DNA from: a virus
DNA length: 64,000 nucleotides
IMG/VR virus record: IMGVR_UViG_3300005673_000003
Location: 32,001 to 96,000 of that record
Reading direction: 5' to 3' (one strand)
Below are positions 19,604 to 29,879 of this stretch, piece after piece (the first letter of the stretch is position 1; every line of letters begins with the position of its first letter). Below the pieces are notes generated by a model. The model searched no databases, was not told the origin of the DNA, and saw only the letters and a list, made by a program, of their open reading frames with translations. The position numbers and the translations under genes were made by a program.

Positions 19604-20350
19604 ATGAGGGATAGGGATATGCAGACAATCACAGCAAAAATTGCAACCAAGCTTAAGAGGCGGCCCATCGATTCATCCCAGTTGCAACCCAACGAATTTA
19701 TCTCAGTGCCTGTCGGGAAGAGCTATGGAGTAGATAAAATCTCTCCCATTGAAAACGGGCATTACAAAGTAACTCTGGCAGCTAATAGCGGTACCTTCTT
19801 TGTCTTTGGTGGACATTGGGATGGGATAGCTACCCAGTTAATCTCTAAAAAGCAAGCAGAGATTATCTTCGGGAATCCAATCTACGATAACGAGCTGAAC
19901 GATTTGAATGCCTGCTTAAATCGCTACCAGATCAATACAGCTCTAAGGATGCGGCATTTTATGAGCCAGATTGCCCACGAATCGGGTGGTCTGCGCTGGA
20001 TGAAAGAGCTGGCAGATGGCTGGGATTATGAATGGAGGAGCGACCTGGGAAATAATCGGCCCGGTGATGGCCCCAGATACAAAGGGGCAGGAGTAATTCA
20101 GCTCACCGGACGGGCAAATTACCAGGCATTCAGCAAAGCGATCGGAGATCCCAGGGTTATGGAAGGTTGCGATTATGTTGCCTCCACCTATCCGTTTACC
20201 AGCGCTGGATTTTTCTGGAGCCGGAACAGGTTAAACGATTTGTGTGACTCTAGTGCTTCGGTTGAGCAAATCACCAGAGTCATTAATGGCGGAGTTAACG
20301 GCTTAGACGATCGTATTCACTACTACAACCTGGCCTGCAAGGTTATTTAG
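19604..20350 (+). CDS. Endolysin, glycoside hydrolase family 19
   Basis: FMSQIAHESGGL...E...LGN...GDG.RYKGAGVIQLTGRANY...ITRVINGG.NGLDDR. Confidence 0.92.
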   Translation: MRDRDMQTITAKIATKLKRRPIDSSQLQPNEFISVPVGKSYGVDKISPIENGHYKVTLAANSGTFFVFGGHWDGIATQLISKKQAEIIFGNPIYDNELNDLNACLNRYQINTALRMRHFMSQIAHESGGLRWMKELADGWDYEWRSDLGNNRPGDGPRYKGAGVIQLTGRANYQAFSKAIGDPRVMEGCDYVASTYPFTSAGFFWSRNRLNDLCDSSASVEQITRVINGGVNGLDDRIHYYNLACKVI

Positions 20351-21017
20351 TGCCGTTTCCCTTGAACGCTCTTGTCGGAGGGAGTGAAATCGCTTCCTCC
20401 GTATTCCATCCGCAATTCAACCTAGTTTTAAGCGACTCCCGCCCGATATTGCATCGCTGGTCTTTTAGCCACATCGCAAGGGTTTTAGTCTCTCCCCATG
20501 CGGTTACATACCTGCAAGCCGCTTTATTGTTTTGCTGTGTAACCCAATCAGCCCATCTGCAATTTTCAGGGCAGTAATCTTTTGAGCCATCCTTGCGATC
20601 CAAAGTCAGATTATCCTGATACCCATTCTGCAAAGCCCAATCTCTAAAAGACTCATAGCTTTCGCTCCATTCATCGCAAACCTTAATCCCCTTACCAAAA
20701 TAGTGCCTATTCTTGCCGTCGCGACGATGGTTTTTACACCTATCTTTCATCCCATGCCAAATACTATAAAGCCTGGTATACGTCTCCCCATGCGTTTTAC
20801 TGGGATGCTTCTTTTTGATTGCTTCAACTCTTAAGCACCCGCATGATCTTGTAGGCCGAGCTTTACTACGCAATCTAGATTGTCTAATCACGACTGGATT
20901 AGGATTACCACAATCGCAGGTGCATTCCCATAGGCCATCCTTTTGACCGCCCGGAGAAATGTGAAACCCCAAAAATTTAACAGGGTTCAAACGCCCAATT
21001 TTTGATATCGTGTCCAT
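20343..21017 (-). CDS. HNH-like (AP2-associated family) homing endonuclease
   Basis: WECTCDCGN...SCGC...RLYSIWHGMKDRC...LTLDRKD...YCPENCRWA. Confidence 0.85.
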   Translation of the reverse strand: MDTISKIGRLNPVKFLGFHISPGGQKDGLWECTCDCGNPNPVVIRQSRLRSKARPTRSCGCLRVEAIKKKHPSKTHGETYTRLYSIWHGMKDRCKNHRRDGKNRHYFGKGIKVCDEWSESYESFRDWALQNGYQDNLTLDRKDGSKDYCPENCRWADWVTQQNNKAACRYVTAWGETKTLAMWLKDQRCNIGRESLKTRLNCGWNTEEAISLPPTRAFKGNGTK

Positions 21018-21409
21018 AGTCCCTCAATAGATGAAGCTGTTGATGGATTAGAGACTGCTCGATTAAAAACCACTAAAACCGAGCAGTCTTGCTAGTTCAA
21101 TTGTACTTTATGTATATATGCTGTTATGCATAAAACACAATTAAAAATGGAGTCTATCTAAAAGCATAAAGAAATCGATGCAGCCCATGATTAGGCGCTG
21201 CATCGATATATCGGAGTAAAATCAATCAATTTTAGCAATGCTATCGCAACCTCTTGAAGGCACTTGGCTTATGAGTATCCCAGGCAACCCAAGCTGTCAG
21301 GGCTATCGCTGCCAGTAGCATTATCCATCCTGGGAGCTTGAAGACAGCAAGTATGAGGGCGATAACTGCAATCGATAAATAGACGATGACCATCTGACGG
21401 ATGAGCTTC

Positions 21410-22162
21410 TTAAGCATTACGAACTACCTGCCATTCATGCAGAGTTATTCTATCAGCTCCAATAAACTCCCAGTAGGGCTTCCCTAGCGGCTGGCAGGAT
21501 AACTTAAACTTGCAGAGCCAGCCTTCGCCCCATACCATCGTTTGATAGCCAATGTAGTGAGTTTCTGGATTATTCAATAATTCGCAAGTCCTAAGCAACC
21601 TGGCGACCAGTTCGGTTGATGGCTGCTCCTGCTCTATCTCTATAAGATCACTTGATGGAATCACCTTACCTTTCTTCCCGATTTTGGTTTCATTGGTGCA
21701 GCTATCAAGCTCCTGAATTTGCTGTCTGACATAATCCGGCGTTGCATGATCTTCAGGGGTTACTGCAGTTACTGCGGCGTTCTTGCGGTTATCAAGTATG
21801 CGGTCAGGAATGCGATCGCGGAACGGGTAAACATCCATCACTCGCGTATCTAGCAGGTTAATCAATTCCCAGATGTAGCCGATAGCTGGATTACCTTCAC
21901 CGTAAATAATCACATGCTTGATGCAGCGTGCCATTAGAAGCGCTATCTTCGCCCTGGCTGGCAGTATCTCCCATCCTGGGCAATTAGTCCCGGCATCGAA
22001 AGCAATGCTAAGTAATTCCGATGCATCCTCTGATAACTGCGGCAGCTCATCCCCTTCCTGACAAAAAACGCACAGATCCTTGTACTCGTAATATCCACGT
22101 TTCATGATTTGATTGCTCCTTAAAATCGATTGATTATTGTGATGACTGAACTGTAGATGCAT
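21410..22162 (-). CDS. Hypothetical protein (start probably MKRGYY near 22105)
   Basis: AAGGAG RBS after the motif. Confidence 0.65.
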   Translation of the reverse strand: MHLQFSHHNNQSILRSNQIMKRGYYEYKDLCVFCQEGDELPQLSEDASELLSIAFDAGTNCPGWEILPARAKIALLMARCIKHVIIYGEGNPAIGYIWELINLLDTRVMDVYPFRDRIPDRILDNRKNAAVTAVTPEDHATPDYVRQQIQELDSCTNETKIGKKGKVIPSSDLIEIEQEQPSTELVARLLRTCELLNNPETHYIGYQTMVWGEGWLCKFKLSCQPLGKPYWEFIGADRITLHEWQVVRNA

Positions 22163-22173
22163 CCCTGATAGAG

Positions 22174-22620
22174 CTAGAAGCGGCTGGAAGGATTGCTACC
22201 TCCAGCTAGGTAATCGTAAACCTGAGCAGCAACCGGAGCTGATTGCGGCTCGGTAGACTGCAAGCTAATGCCAGGGAAATCTCTGACTACCTGAATTTCC
22301 TCGACGATACTTCTATCGGTTCCGCCGCTCTTAAATCTGCGGCAAAGTTCAGCCTTGGAAAAGATAGCTTCATCGGCATCTGCTTGCACTACCAAGTACA
22401 GATCTTGAAGCTCTGATTTGCCTACAGATTGCTTCAAATCGTAAGTCCTGATGAAGCCGCCATGAGGATACTCTAGTTCCTTGACTGCTACCACCTCACA
22501 GTAGTAAGTCTCCAGGATTGCGGATGGCCGCATTTCATAGGTAGGGATTCCAAGCTCATGAGTCGGCTCTTGCGGCTGACCAGCTTCGATTTTAGCTCTA
22601 GCTCTGATTCTTAGAATCAT
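22174..22620 (-). CDS. Hypothetical protein
   Basis: GGAG RBS. Confidence 0.65.
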   Translation of the reverse strand: MILRIRARAKIEAGQPQEPTHELGIPTYEMRPSAILETYYCEVVAVKELEYPHGGFIRTYDLKQSVGKSELQDLYLVVQADADEAIFSKAELCRRFKSGGTDRSIVEEIQVVRDFPGISLQSTEPQSAPVAAQVYDYLAGGSNPSSRF

Positions 22621-22652
22621 GATTACTTACTCCGATGAATCGTTTGAGTCGA

Positions 22653-23045
22653 TTATTTACCTTCAAACCGCTCTACGCGATCGTAGTATTGGTTAGCTAC
22701 AAACTCCCTGGCTAATGCTGCTCCGTTATCAACATACTCGACTAGATTCAGCTCTTGCCAAACCTCTCTCGCTTCTACAAGCTCCGAGGGGTCACTCTCT
22801 AACTGACTCCAGAAACCATCCTTAAAAGAGCGCTCCCAATTCCCGCGACACCACAATCCCTTTTCTTTTAGCTTGCCTAGCAGGAATAAACGGGCAGCCT
22901 CGAAATCGTAATCTTTGGGGGGGGAATAAAGGTGGGGGTGGTCATAGCGCTTAAGGTTTGATTGGCTTACATCACTATTATGTCTCGCACTCTTGAAAGG
23001 GGGATCCGTATTTCTACGGATATTTGCAGAAGCCGCAGAAATCAA
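22653..23045 (-). CDS. Hypothetical protein
   Basis: ORF in operon; start uncertain. Confidence 0.5.
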   Translation of the reverse strand: MISAASANIRRNTDPPFKSARHNSDVSQSNLKRYDHPHLYSPPKDYDFEAARLFLLGKLKEKGLWCRGNWERSFKDGFWSQLESDPSELVEAREVWQELNLVEYVDNGAALAREFVANQYYDRVERFEGK

Positions 23046-23050
23046 TCAAT

Positions 23051-23548
23051 TTATAGATCCTTCTTTCGGATTGCTGGGATTCCGGCATACAATCCGTTCG
23101 GAGCGGTGGAGTGGGTAACTACGGCTCCTGCCGCAATCACGCATCCAGAAGCTATCTGCACTCCAGGGAGGATGGCAGCTCCCGCGCATATCCAGCTTCC
23201 CTGCCCAATCACTACAGATTTAAGGATTAAGCCGCCCAGCTTGACTCGGCAAGCGCTGCCGCCAATCTCATGCGAAGTAGTAAGGATCCGGACTCCTGGC
23301 CCCAATCTGGCGCAATCTTCCAGGATGATTGACGCTCCATTATCCAGAAAGCAATCCCGGTTTAGATAGGATTTATGCCCCATGTAAATATTGCTTAAAT
23401 CAGGATGAGCGAAGGTGCAGCGAGGGGAGATATATGCATCTTCTTCCAGATGCATCCCGCCAAATAATCGATAGATTATTGCCCTCTCCTCGCTGGATAA
23501 CAGTTCTGACCCAGCGATCGCGTTAATTAGGAATGATTTGAATTTCAT
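23051..23548 (-). CDS. Left-handed beta-helix (hexapeptide) O-acetyltransferase, Maa/LacA-like
   Basis: LGPGVRILTTSH...VVIGQGSWICAGAAILPGVQIASGCVIAAGAVVT...YAGIPA. Confidence 0.9.
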   Translation of the reverse strand: MKFKSFLINAIAGSELLSSEERAIIYRLFGGMHLEEDAYISPRCTFAHPDLSNIYMGHKSYLNRDCFLDNGASIILEDCARLGPGVRILTTSHEIGGSACRVKLGGLILKSVVIGQGSWICAGAAILPGVQIASGCVIAAGAVVTHSTAPNGLYAGIPAIRKKDL

Positions 23549-23700
23549 AATACTGCCTTAAATCATCAAAAAAGGCTGTAGCAATCATCGCCACAGCCTT
23601 AAACTAGCACCTAGAAGAAATTTGCTTGGAGTATCTAAAACTGGAAGCATAAACCTATCAAAACGGCAAACTTATGCTTCCAGTCACACTCATTTTGACT

Positions 23701-24204
23701 CTAGTTCTCCAACATCACATCATCGTAGTTGATAGTGACCTTGAGCATGGTATCTCCATCTTCGCCATTATCAGCCTTCACATCCAGAGCGGGAAGCTCC
23801 ATTTTGGACGGGAAGCAGCCGAATAACCGAGCGCGAACAGGGGGAAGATCTGAACCAGAATCGTAAGTCCCTGGAGAACCCCGGAAAAGCCGGAAGTAGA
23901 TCAGGGTTGCATCTCGCTTGTATTTGGGGTTAATCCCCTTGTCACCAGAAACGTCTTTGCACATATTGAACCATTCGCTGTAAGCTTGACGGTCTTCATT
24001 ACGTGCAAACTGAATCTCGATAGTGAAATCACCCGCTCTCACCCGACCACCAGGCACCCTGGTTTGGTCTGCAAGGTTAATAACTCCGATTTCCATTGGG
24101 ATGGGATCGCGGGTCAGGTGAATAATTACTTCAGGAAGCCCGTTTACCAAAAAGCGTTGCTTCGCCTTTGGTAAAATATTGCCCTCTAATGTTCTCTTCT
24201 GCAT
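23701..24204 (-). CDS. Probable tail tube protein
   Basis: 167 aa directly downstream of the sheath; KRDATL...LFGCFPSK...TINYD pattern. Confidence 0.75.
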   Translation of the reverse strand: MQKRTLEGNILPKAKQRFLVNGLPEVIIHLTRDPIPMEIGVINLADQTRVPGGRVRAGDFTIEIQFARNEDRQAYSEWFNMCKDVSGDKGINPKYKRDATLIYFRLFRGSPGTYDSGSDLPPVRARLFGCFPSKMELPALDVKADNGEDGDTMLKVTINYDDVMLEN

Positions 24205-24258
24205 TGCTTGAATATCTCCTTTGTTGAGTTTATTGCACCAAGTTATTAGATGCTTTGA

Positions 24259-27200
24259 TTAGTACAGAGAACCAGAGAGGCTATTTCCGTACTGGCTTAC
24301 CAGAATATCCGGGCCTAAGTTGATGCTCAGTTCTTCGATAATTCCGGTTGGGACGTAGCTGATTGCAATTTGCAATTTACCGTTGATGATGTCCACCAGC
24401 CCGATCGACTGATTAGCGTCAGTGATTACGCCAGTACCCACGCTGGGGCCGCTGATCTCAACGGCTTGTTGAAAGCTTAGATACTGGGTGAAAACCCCTT
24501 TGGCATACTCTTTGCGTGCCCATGCATTGAGTACCATGATGATTTGCTCGACCGTGTAAGGCTGAGCAGGCTTAAACATCTGCTCCAGCAACTCCCGCGC
24601 TTCCAGGAATACCCGAACGTAATTGGTCTGAATCCGCCGAATATGCAGAAAATCGTAGAGAGGAGAAATCGAGGTAGCCCGACCACCCCAGACAACGCAA
24701 TTGCCATACATCATTTTGATTGGCTGAATGCCTGCCAGGTTAAGTACCGCTTCATCCTGGGGTTTCACATCAATCGGCAGCTTAATCACTCGCGCCATCA
24801 ACGCATCGACCCCGGCAAAGGGAACATGGTAGCCTTGCGCGACATTACTGCGTGCTGCTTCTCCACCAGCGATTTCACCGCTCAGGGAAATGAATCTTTC
24901 ACCATTTCCGAGAGGGTTACTGATATAGCCATAACTTGGGAAAGCGATTGATTGGAAATCATTGCGGCCCAAGTATTGATTTACGAATACTTCAGCCGTA
25001 GAAGCGCTGTAGTAGTTAGAGGGCACTTCTGCTCGATACTCGAATGCCCGTTGCTCCGCATAGAAGCTGCCAGCTTTCTGGACAACGGAATCAGATACAC
25101 CAGGGGTCATAGTGCGGACTAATCCGAGGTTTTTACCCCACACGGCATTCTCGATGATATTGGCATCAACATCAAAGTATTTCGTGTAGTAGTAAGGAAT
25201 GATTCCTCCAAGATCCCCATCGTATCCCTTGGAAAGGAATTGCGGGAACTGCACCAGGAATCGCTTGCCAACCTGGGTTGCAACTCTGAGATCATAGCCG
25301 CGAGAGACTTCCAGGTATCCGGTTTTCTTGGTTTTAGTCAACGCTGGCAGGTTTGTAGTAAACGCAGATTCCAGCACCAGCGAGGTATTGCTAACAACTG
25401 AGCGAATCTTACGGGCCTGGTTATTAACTGGGTCATACAGGTAATCGCCAGCTTTGAGCGCTGCTTGGAAGTTGGTGGAAGTTCCAGTTACATTTACGCC
25501 AGTAGAGGAGATGGTACCTTGCAAACCAACTGGAGCCTGGTAGCCAGTCACCCGGAAATAGGAGCGTGCTACCTGATAGGGATTCGGGTAGAGTAAATTA
25601 CCCATCGCTCCCGCATAATCAAAATCCCCGACTGTGTATAGGCGGGTCGCAGTTAATGCCAGGACGATACCAGAACCGTTAGCGGGTCGCACATCTGCGG
25701 ACGAATGGGTGGTGTAGGCAGAAGTCCACAGGTTGGTGGTGGTAATCCACTTCTGGTAGTTCATGCTGCCAGTCCGGTAGGCGATATTTTTGCCGTCCGA
25801 ATTGACGTAGGTATCAACAAATAAGCCTTTAGGATCTGACGGATCTAAACTTACGTCAGGAGCCTGATAAACCAGGGAGCCATTAAAGCGGACGTTGATC
25901 GAGAAGTGAGTCGAAGGGTATTTGGTACCCTGCCCAACGTCGATCGATAGCCCAGCATTGCCAACCTGGGGAAGGCTAACCTTAGCGCTCAGTGATTGCT
26001 TGGTAATTTGAGCGTCAGTGAAGTCATAAGAGAAAGCTTTCTCGATTTCGATCGAGGTCGCATCGGTGATTGTCACCACTCGAACCGCATTCCCTGCTCG
26101 ATTGGGATCTACGATGTAGGAAACGCCAGCCTGCAACTCGGTCGTAAACTGGGTAGTTGTCCCAGTTACAGTCAAATTATCTTGCGAGAGCTGAGCAGCA
26201 GTTAGAGCTTCCGTGAAGCCAGAGGTTAGCTTCATGGAGGTTTCGCTGGTGATGCTGGCGATCGTTCGGCCTTGACGTACTCCACCAATCATGGCGTAGA
26301 CGGTTTGACCGACCGCAAGCTCGGTTTGAAATTTGGAGCCGACCGCACCAGTAACCGTGACGTTATCGCGCTCAATGGTAACGCTAGCAGCATCCAAAGC
26401 GAATGGAGCATCCACGGTCATCGTGGTGTCAGAGGTAACGGAGGTGACTACTCGTGCCTCCCCGTTGTAGTAAACGTTATGACCTACTTCAAACTCGGTC
26501 AGGAAGGTAGTTCCAACCCCGGTGATTACACGATCTCGCAGAGTCGCGGTGCCAGTTGCATCGACGGTTAGCTCAAAGCTAGCAGTACCAGTCAGGTTGC
26601 TGTATCGGGTGTAACTGGCAGTACCTGTCAAGGTGGTGGGGCCAGAGACATTATCAGCAATCAAGCTATACTGAGCGGCCAGCGTAAATACCACTTCACC
26701 AGAAACCGGATCGGCTTCGGTGTTGCCAACGATTTCATAGGTCTTGCCAGTATCATTGCTGAATTCAGCAATGCCTCCGACAAACTCATTAGAGAGCGTT
26801 CCGGGAGCTGAGAGGGTAAAGGTATTGATAGTAGCGAAGATGATCGGGCGATAGCTGATTTCATTCGCTTGACCACCCCAGCGGCCTTCATTTGCTGCCT
26901 CGATTTTCAGGCAGTCTGTACCCAAAGAGTTCTTGAGGATGACGGATGATTTTCTTGCTTTGCCGTCCAGGTCTAAGCGCACTAACCAGAGCTGGCCTGC
27001 TCCTCCGCCTGTTTTGTAATAGCCGTCGATCGCATCAGGTAGGAGCTGGCTACCATCCTGGAATAAGTGCCAGGTTTGGTCGCGAGGATCCCCACAAATA
27101 TCTTGATACTCAGCGTAGTTATTAAATGGAATGGGAAGCCCCATTGGGCCACGCTGTAGCACCCCAAACATCATTGTGGTGCCGTATCGGGGATCCTGCA

Positions 27201-27288
27201 TTGCATTGAATCCGGCACGCTCGACCACCCGTACACCGGGAGCACCCTTCGGCACGCCAAATACTCGGACGTTATCTTGAATTGCCAT
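24259..27288 (-). CDS. Contractile tail sheath protein with large inserted repeat domains
   Basis: PGVRVVE...QRGPMGLP N-terminus; LNLAGIQPI...VVWGGRA...FLHIRR C-terminus. Confidence 0.9.
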   Translation of the reverse strand: MAIQDNVRVFGVPKGAPGVRVVERAGFNAMQDPRYGTTMMFGVLQRGPMGLPIPFNNYAEYQDICGDPRDQTWHLFQDGSQLLPDAIDGYYKTGGGAGQLWLVRLDLDGKARKSSVILKNSLGTDCLKIEAANEGRWGGQANEISYRPIIFATINTFTLSAPGTLSNEFVGGIAEFSNDTGKTYEIVGNTEADPVSGEVVFTLAAQYSLIADNVSGPTTLTGTASYTRYSNLTGTASFELTVDATGTATLRDRVITGVGTTFLTEFEVGHNVYYNGEARVVTSVTSDTTMTVDAPFALDAASVTIERDNVTVTGAVGSKFQTELAVGQTVYAMIGGVRQGRTIASITSETSMKLTSGFTEALTAAQLSQDNLTVTGTTTQFTTELQAGVSYIVDPNRAGNAVRVVTITDATSIEIEKAFSYDFTDAQITKQSLSAKVSLPQVGNAGLSIDVGQGTKYPSTHFSINVRFNGSLVYQAPDVSLDPSDPKGLFVDTYVNSDGKNIAYRTGSMNYQKWITTTNLWTSAYTTHSSADVRPANGSGIVLALTATRLYTVGDFDYAGAMGNLLYPNPYQVARSYFRVTGYQAPVGLQGTISSTGVNVTGTSTNFQAALKAGDYLYDPVNNQARKIRSVVSNTSLVLESAFTTNLPALTKTKKTGYLEVSRGYDLRVATQVGKRFLVQFPQFLSKGYDGDLGGIIPYYYTKYFDVDANIIENAVWGKNLGLVRTMTPGVSDSVVQKAGSFYAEQRAFEYRAEVPSNYYSASTAEVFVNQYLGRNDFQSIAFPSYGYISNPLGNGERFISLSGEIAGGEAARSNVAQGYHVPFAGVDALMARVIKLPIDVKPQDEAVLNLAGIQPIKMMYGNCVVWGGRATSISPLYDFLHIRRIQTNYVRVFLEARELLEQMFKPAQPYTVEQIIMVLNAWARKEYAKGVFTQYLSFQQAVEISGPSVGTGVITDANQSIGLVDIINGKLQIAISYVPTGIIEELSINLGPDILVSQYGNSLSGSLY

Positions 27289-27344
27289 TTCTGCCTTCTT
27301 CCTTGAATTAATTGATTGATTAGCGGCTTAGTAGAGTCAGCGGA

Positions 27345-27743
27345 TTAGCTAGCCTCTGCCAGCATGAGCTTCCCGTTGCCTAAAAAGCCTTGTTCACGAA
27401 TGATCAACACCCGCTCGTAAAGCGTGCGTCTCCCTGAGCCTGGAGCGAATTCCGTAATTTGCAAGCCGTTTTCTGCTTCGACTTTGCTTAATCCTTCATG
27501 ATCCAATTCCAGGAGCGGATCATCCGAATCAATCATGATTGCCCCTTTCACCAGTACTTGAGAGTAGGGCAGGGTAGGCAAGTAAGCTTCGATTACTTGC
27601 TGCTCGTCAAGCGTAAATAGCCCGGGTTGCGTCGTGATCCAGAGGTCTGGCGCATCTGGATCTCCGCGCTCTCCCTGGAAATCCTCTGGAATGGGAACCT
27701 GAAGCGGCTCCCGACCGTACCGTAGAGATAGATATTGCTTCAT
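27345..27743 (-). CDS. Hypothetical protein upstream of the sheath
   Basis: Start MKQYLSL with GGGGGA RBS. Confidence 0.65.
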   Translation of the reverse strand: MKQYLSLRYGREPLQVPIPEDFQGERGDPDAPDLWITTQPGLFTLDEQQVIEAYLPTLPYSQVLVKGAIMIDSDDPLLELDHEGLSKVEAENGLQITEFAPGSGRRTLYERVLIIREQGFLGNGKLMLAEAS

Positions 27744-28275
27744 AAAATCCCCCAAAAACGCCAAAAGGAGCCGCCCATAAATGGGTGACTCCCGGTTAAT
27801 CAATCGATTTTCTGCAATGGCTACCTGGCGGCTCTCAAATAAGCCATATCCGAGCGCTGTAAGTAGCATCTGAATTGTAACTTAATCCAATGATTTTTTG
27901 CCAGAAATACTACAAGCCGCTTGCAGGTATTAAAAAAGCCAGGATCTCTCCTGGCTGGTTAATCAATCTGTTTCTCGGTAAGCAATCAAGCAGGCAAATC
28001 AATCAATTCTCTAATGCAACCAGTGTCTAGCTTGGCTTTTTCCGCTTCTAATCGAAGTGCCAGCTAAGCTGCTCCGATGTACCTAAAAAACGGCATTAAA
28101 GAAGAATTTACCAATCGCATGACCATAAAATTAATGTTAACTCAAAGAATCAAGAGCTGCAATCAAGGTTCCCCAGCCCTCTTAAAGGCAGCAATCGCCA
28201 GAATAATTCCAGCGACAAAGCAAAAAGATACTACAGCAAACAGAATCCATCCAAATACGGTTAGCAGGATAGACA

Positions 28276-29364
28276 TTATTTGGTAACTCCTATAAATAAA
28301 GGTTTCATTTGAGCGCTATCCATTCCGATGATATTTTGAGCGATCGCTTCTTGCGGCCTGCCCGGAATGGAAACCAGCGTGAGAGTGAAGGTAGCAGATT
28401 GCAGTTGCCCTGATTCCAAATTATCGCCCAAAGAGCTAGATCGCTCCCAGTCAAGATCCTGGCTGTAGCGAACACCGTAGCGAATACCAAAGGGGGGAGC
28501 ATCAACTGCTCCATACTGATCCACCTTTGAGATGATCGAAGTAGCAATGCTTTCCACATCATCTACCGAATAGCCAACTACAGTTACAGAGAACCGCTGG
28601 TCGAAAGCTCGATTGAAGCTGAGCAGCTTGGATTGACTGGGGGAAATCCGAATAGAATCAACCTCGCTAATCTGATGATGGTTTTCCGTCTCCTGCAATT
28701 GCAGGAGGACACAGGGAATATCCTGCAATTGGTAAAACTCGTTATTACCGATCGAGAGGAAAGGTACTTGGTAGTCAATACCAGCCAGGTATCTCCCGTC
28801 AAATTGAGTTGTATTCCTGCTCAAAACTAAATCAGGATTAATCCCCTCAACTTCATCATCAGGAGCCTCTAGCCAGCGATTTAAGATGATTGGAGGAGTG
28901 CTTAGGAACTGAGCTATCCCAAAATTAAAGAGGTAGCTGAGCGGGTTATTGTAGAGGGAGGAGCACCCAAACTTGATTTCCTTCAGGAGCGGCGAGATAT
29001 TATCCAGCCGTTGCAGCTTTAAGCGAATCTTGAGGGGGAGCTTCCAGGAGGGCAGGCCAGCTCTGATCTGATCTGGAGTATTGTAGGGAGGATTGGCACC
29101 AGTAGGTTGCTGCGCCCAAGCCGAGCCATTCCAGATCCAAGGGGTTCCAGATTGGTCGAGCAGCGCTACAGAAATACCCCTTTCCGAGGGCTGAACCTCA
29201 AATCCAGCATAACTATCGAGCAACTTAGCCTCAAAGGATTGCAGGTCGATCATGCCGGAGTTAGCGCTCCCCCTGAGCCGGATAGTATCGGCATCTCTGA
29301 TTACTCCCTCAAAGCGACTGCATTGCCAGGGCAGGATAGGTAGTGTATGAATCCAGAAGCTCAT
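28276..29364 (-). CDS. Probable tail completion/neck structural protein
   Basis: Lies between the neck and sheath genes; beta-rich C-terminus; ATGA overlap. Confidence 0.55.
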   Translation of the reverse strand: MSFWIHTLPILPWQCSRFEGVIRDADTIRLRGSANSGMIDLQSFEAKLLDSYAGFEVQPSERGISVALLDQSGTPWIWNGSAWAQQPTGANPPYNTPDQIRAGLPSWKLPLKIRLKLQRLDNISPLLKEIKFGCSSLYNNPLSYLFNFGIAQFLSTPPIILNRWLEAPDDEVEGINPDLVLSRNTTQFDGRYLAGIDYQVPFLSIGNNEFYQLQDIPCVLLQLQETENHHQISEVDSIRISPSQSKLLSFNRAFDQRFSVTVVGYSVDDVESIATSIISKVDQYGAVDAPPFGIRYGVRYSQDLDWERSSSLGDNLESGQLQSATFTLTLVSIPGRPQEAIAQNIIGMDSAQMKPLFIGVTK

Positions 29365-29870
29365 AGTTTACCCCTCATGATTTGCTTTAATTTTGCTCGA
29401 CTCCTAGAGCGCACTTGATTCCAGGATTTACGCCAGAAGCGTCTTGCTGGAATGCGAATTACTTTCGTCTTAGGATTCAAGTGGATGCCGCGATAATGCA
29501 GCCACCCGCGCATCTTGTCAGTGACTCGGATAGTTGCGCCCCTGTCTTGCACTTTAGCAATCATGGAGGGCTTCCCGTCAGGAATTCCTACGGTAGAAAT
29601 TGATTGATTTTTGGTGCGATGATGGGTTTTCTGGATATGGTCACGGATGCCTGAACCATCCGGCTCACCCTCATGAGAATAGATTTGATGGGTTGCGGTA
29701 GATAGAAGTGGAGCTGCACCCCTGCCCTGCTTTTCCAGGGTATCTTGCAACGTATCGTACATATCCCTCGCGCTATTCTCTGCCCACCGCTGCCCTGCAA
29801 CCCGCATCCGCTTCATATTCTGGAGCTTAACGAAAAGCATATCGAGTTCTGACTTAACCCTAAAATCCAT
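29361..29870 (-). CDS. Phage virion morphogenesis/neck protein
   Basis: AKVQDRGATIRVTDKMRGWL...IRIPARRF. Confidence 0.75.
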   Translation of the reverse strand: MDFRVKSELDMLFVKLQNMKRMRVAGQRWAENSARDMYDTLQDTLEKQGRGAAPLLSTATHQIYSHEGEPDGSGIRDHIQKTHHRTKNQSISTVGIPDGKPSMIAKVQDRGATIRVTDKMRGWLHYRGIHLNPKTKVIRIPARRFWRKSWNQVRSRSRAKLKQIMRGKL

Positions 29871-29879
29871 GGCTTGCCT

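Noticed and set aside
23701-29870. Extracellular contractile injection system or tailocin
   Set aside because: A long TP901 tape measure, neck protein, RuvC, replication and partition genes point to a true phage, although head genes lie outside the window.
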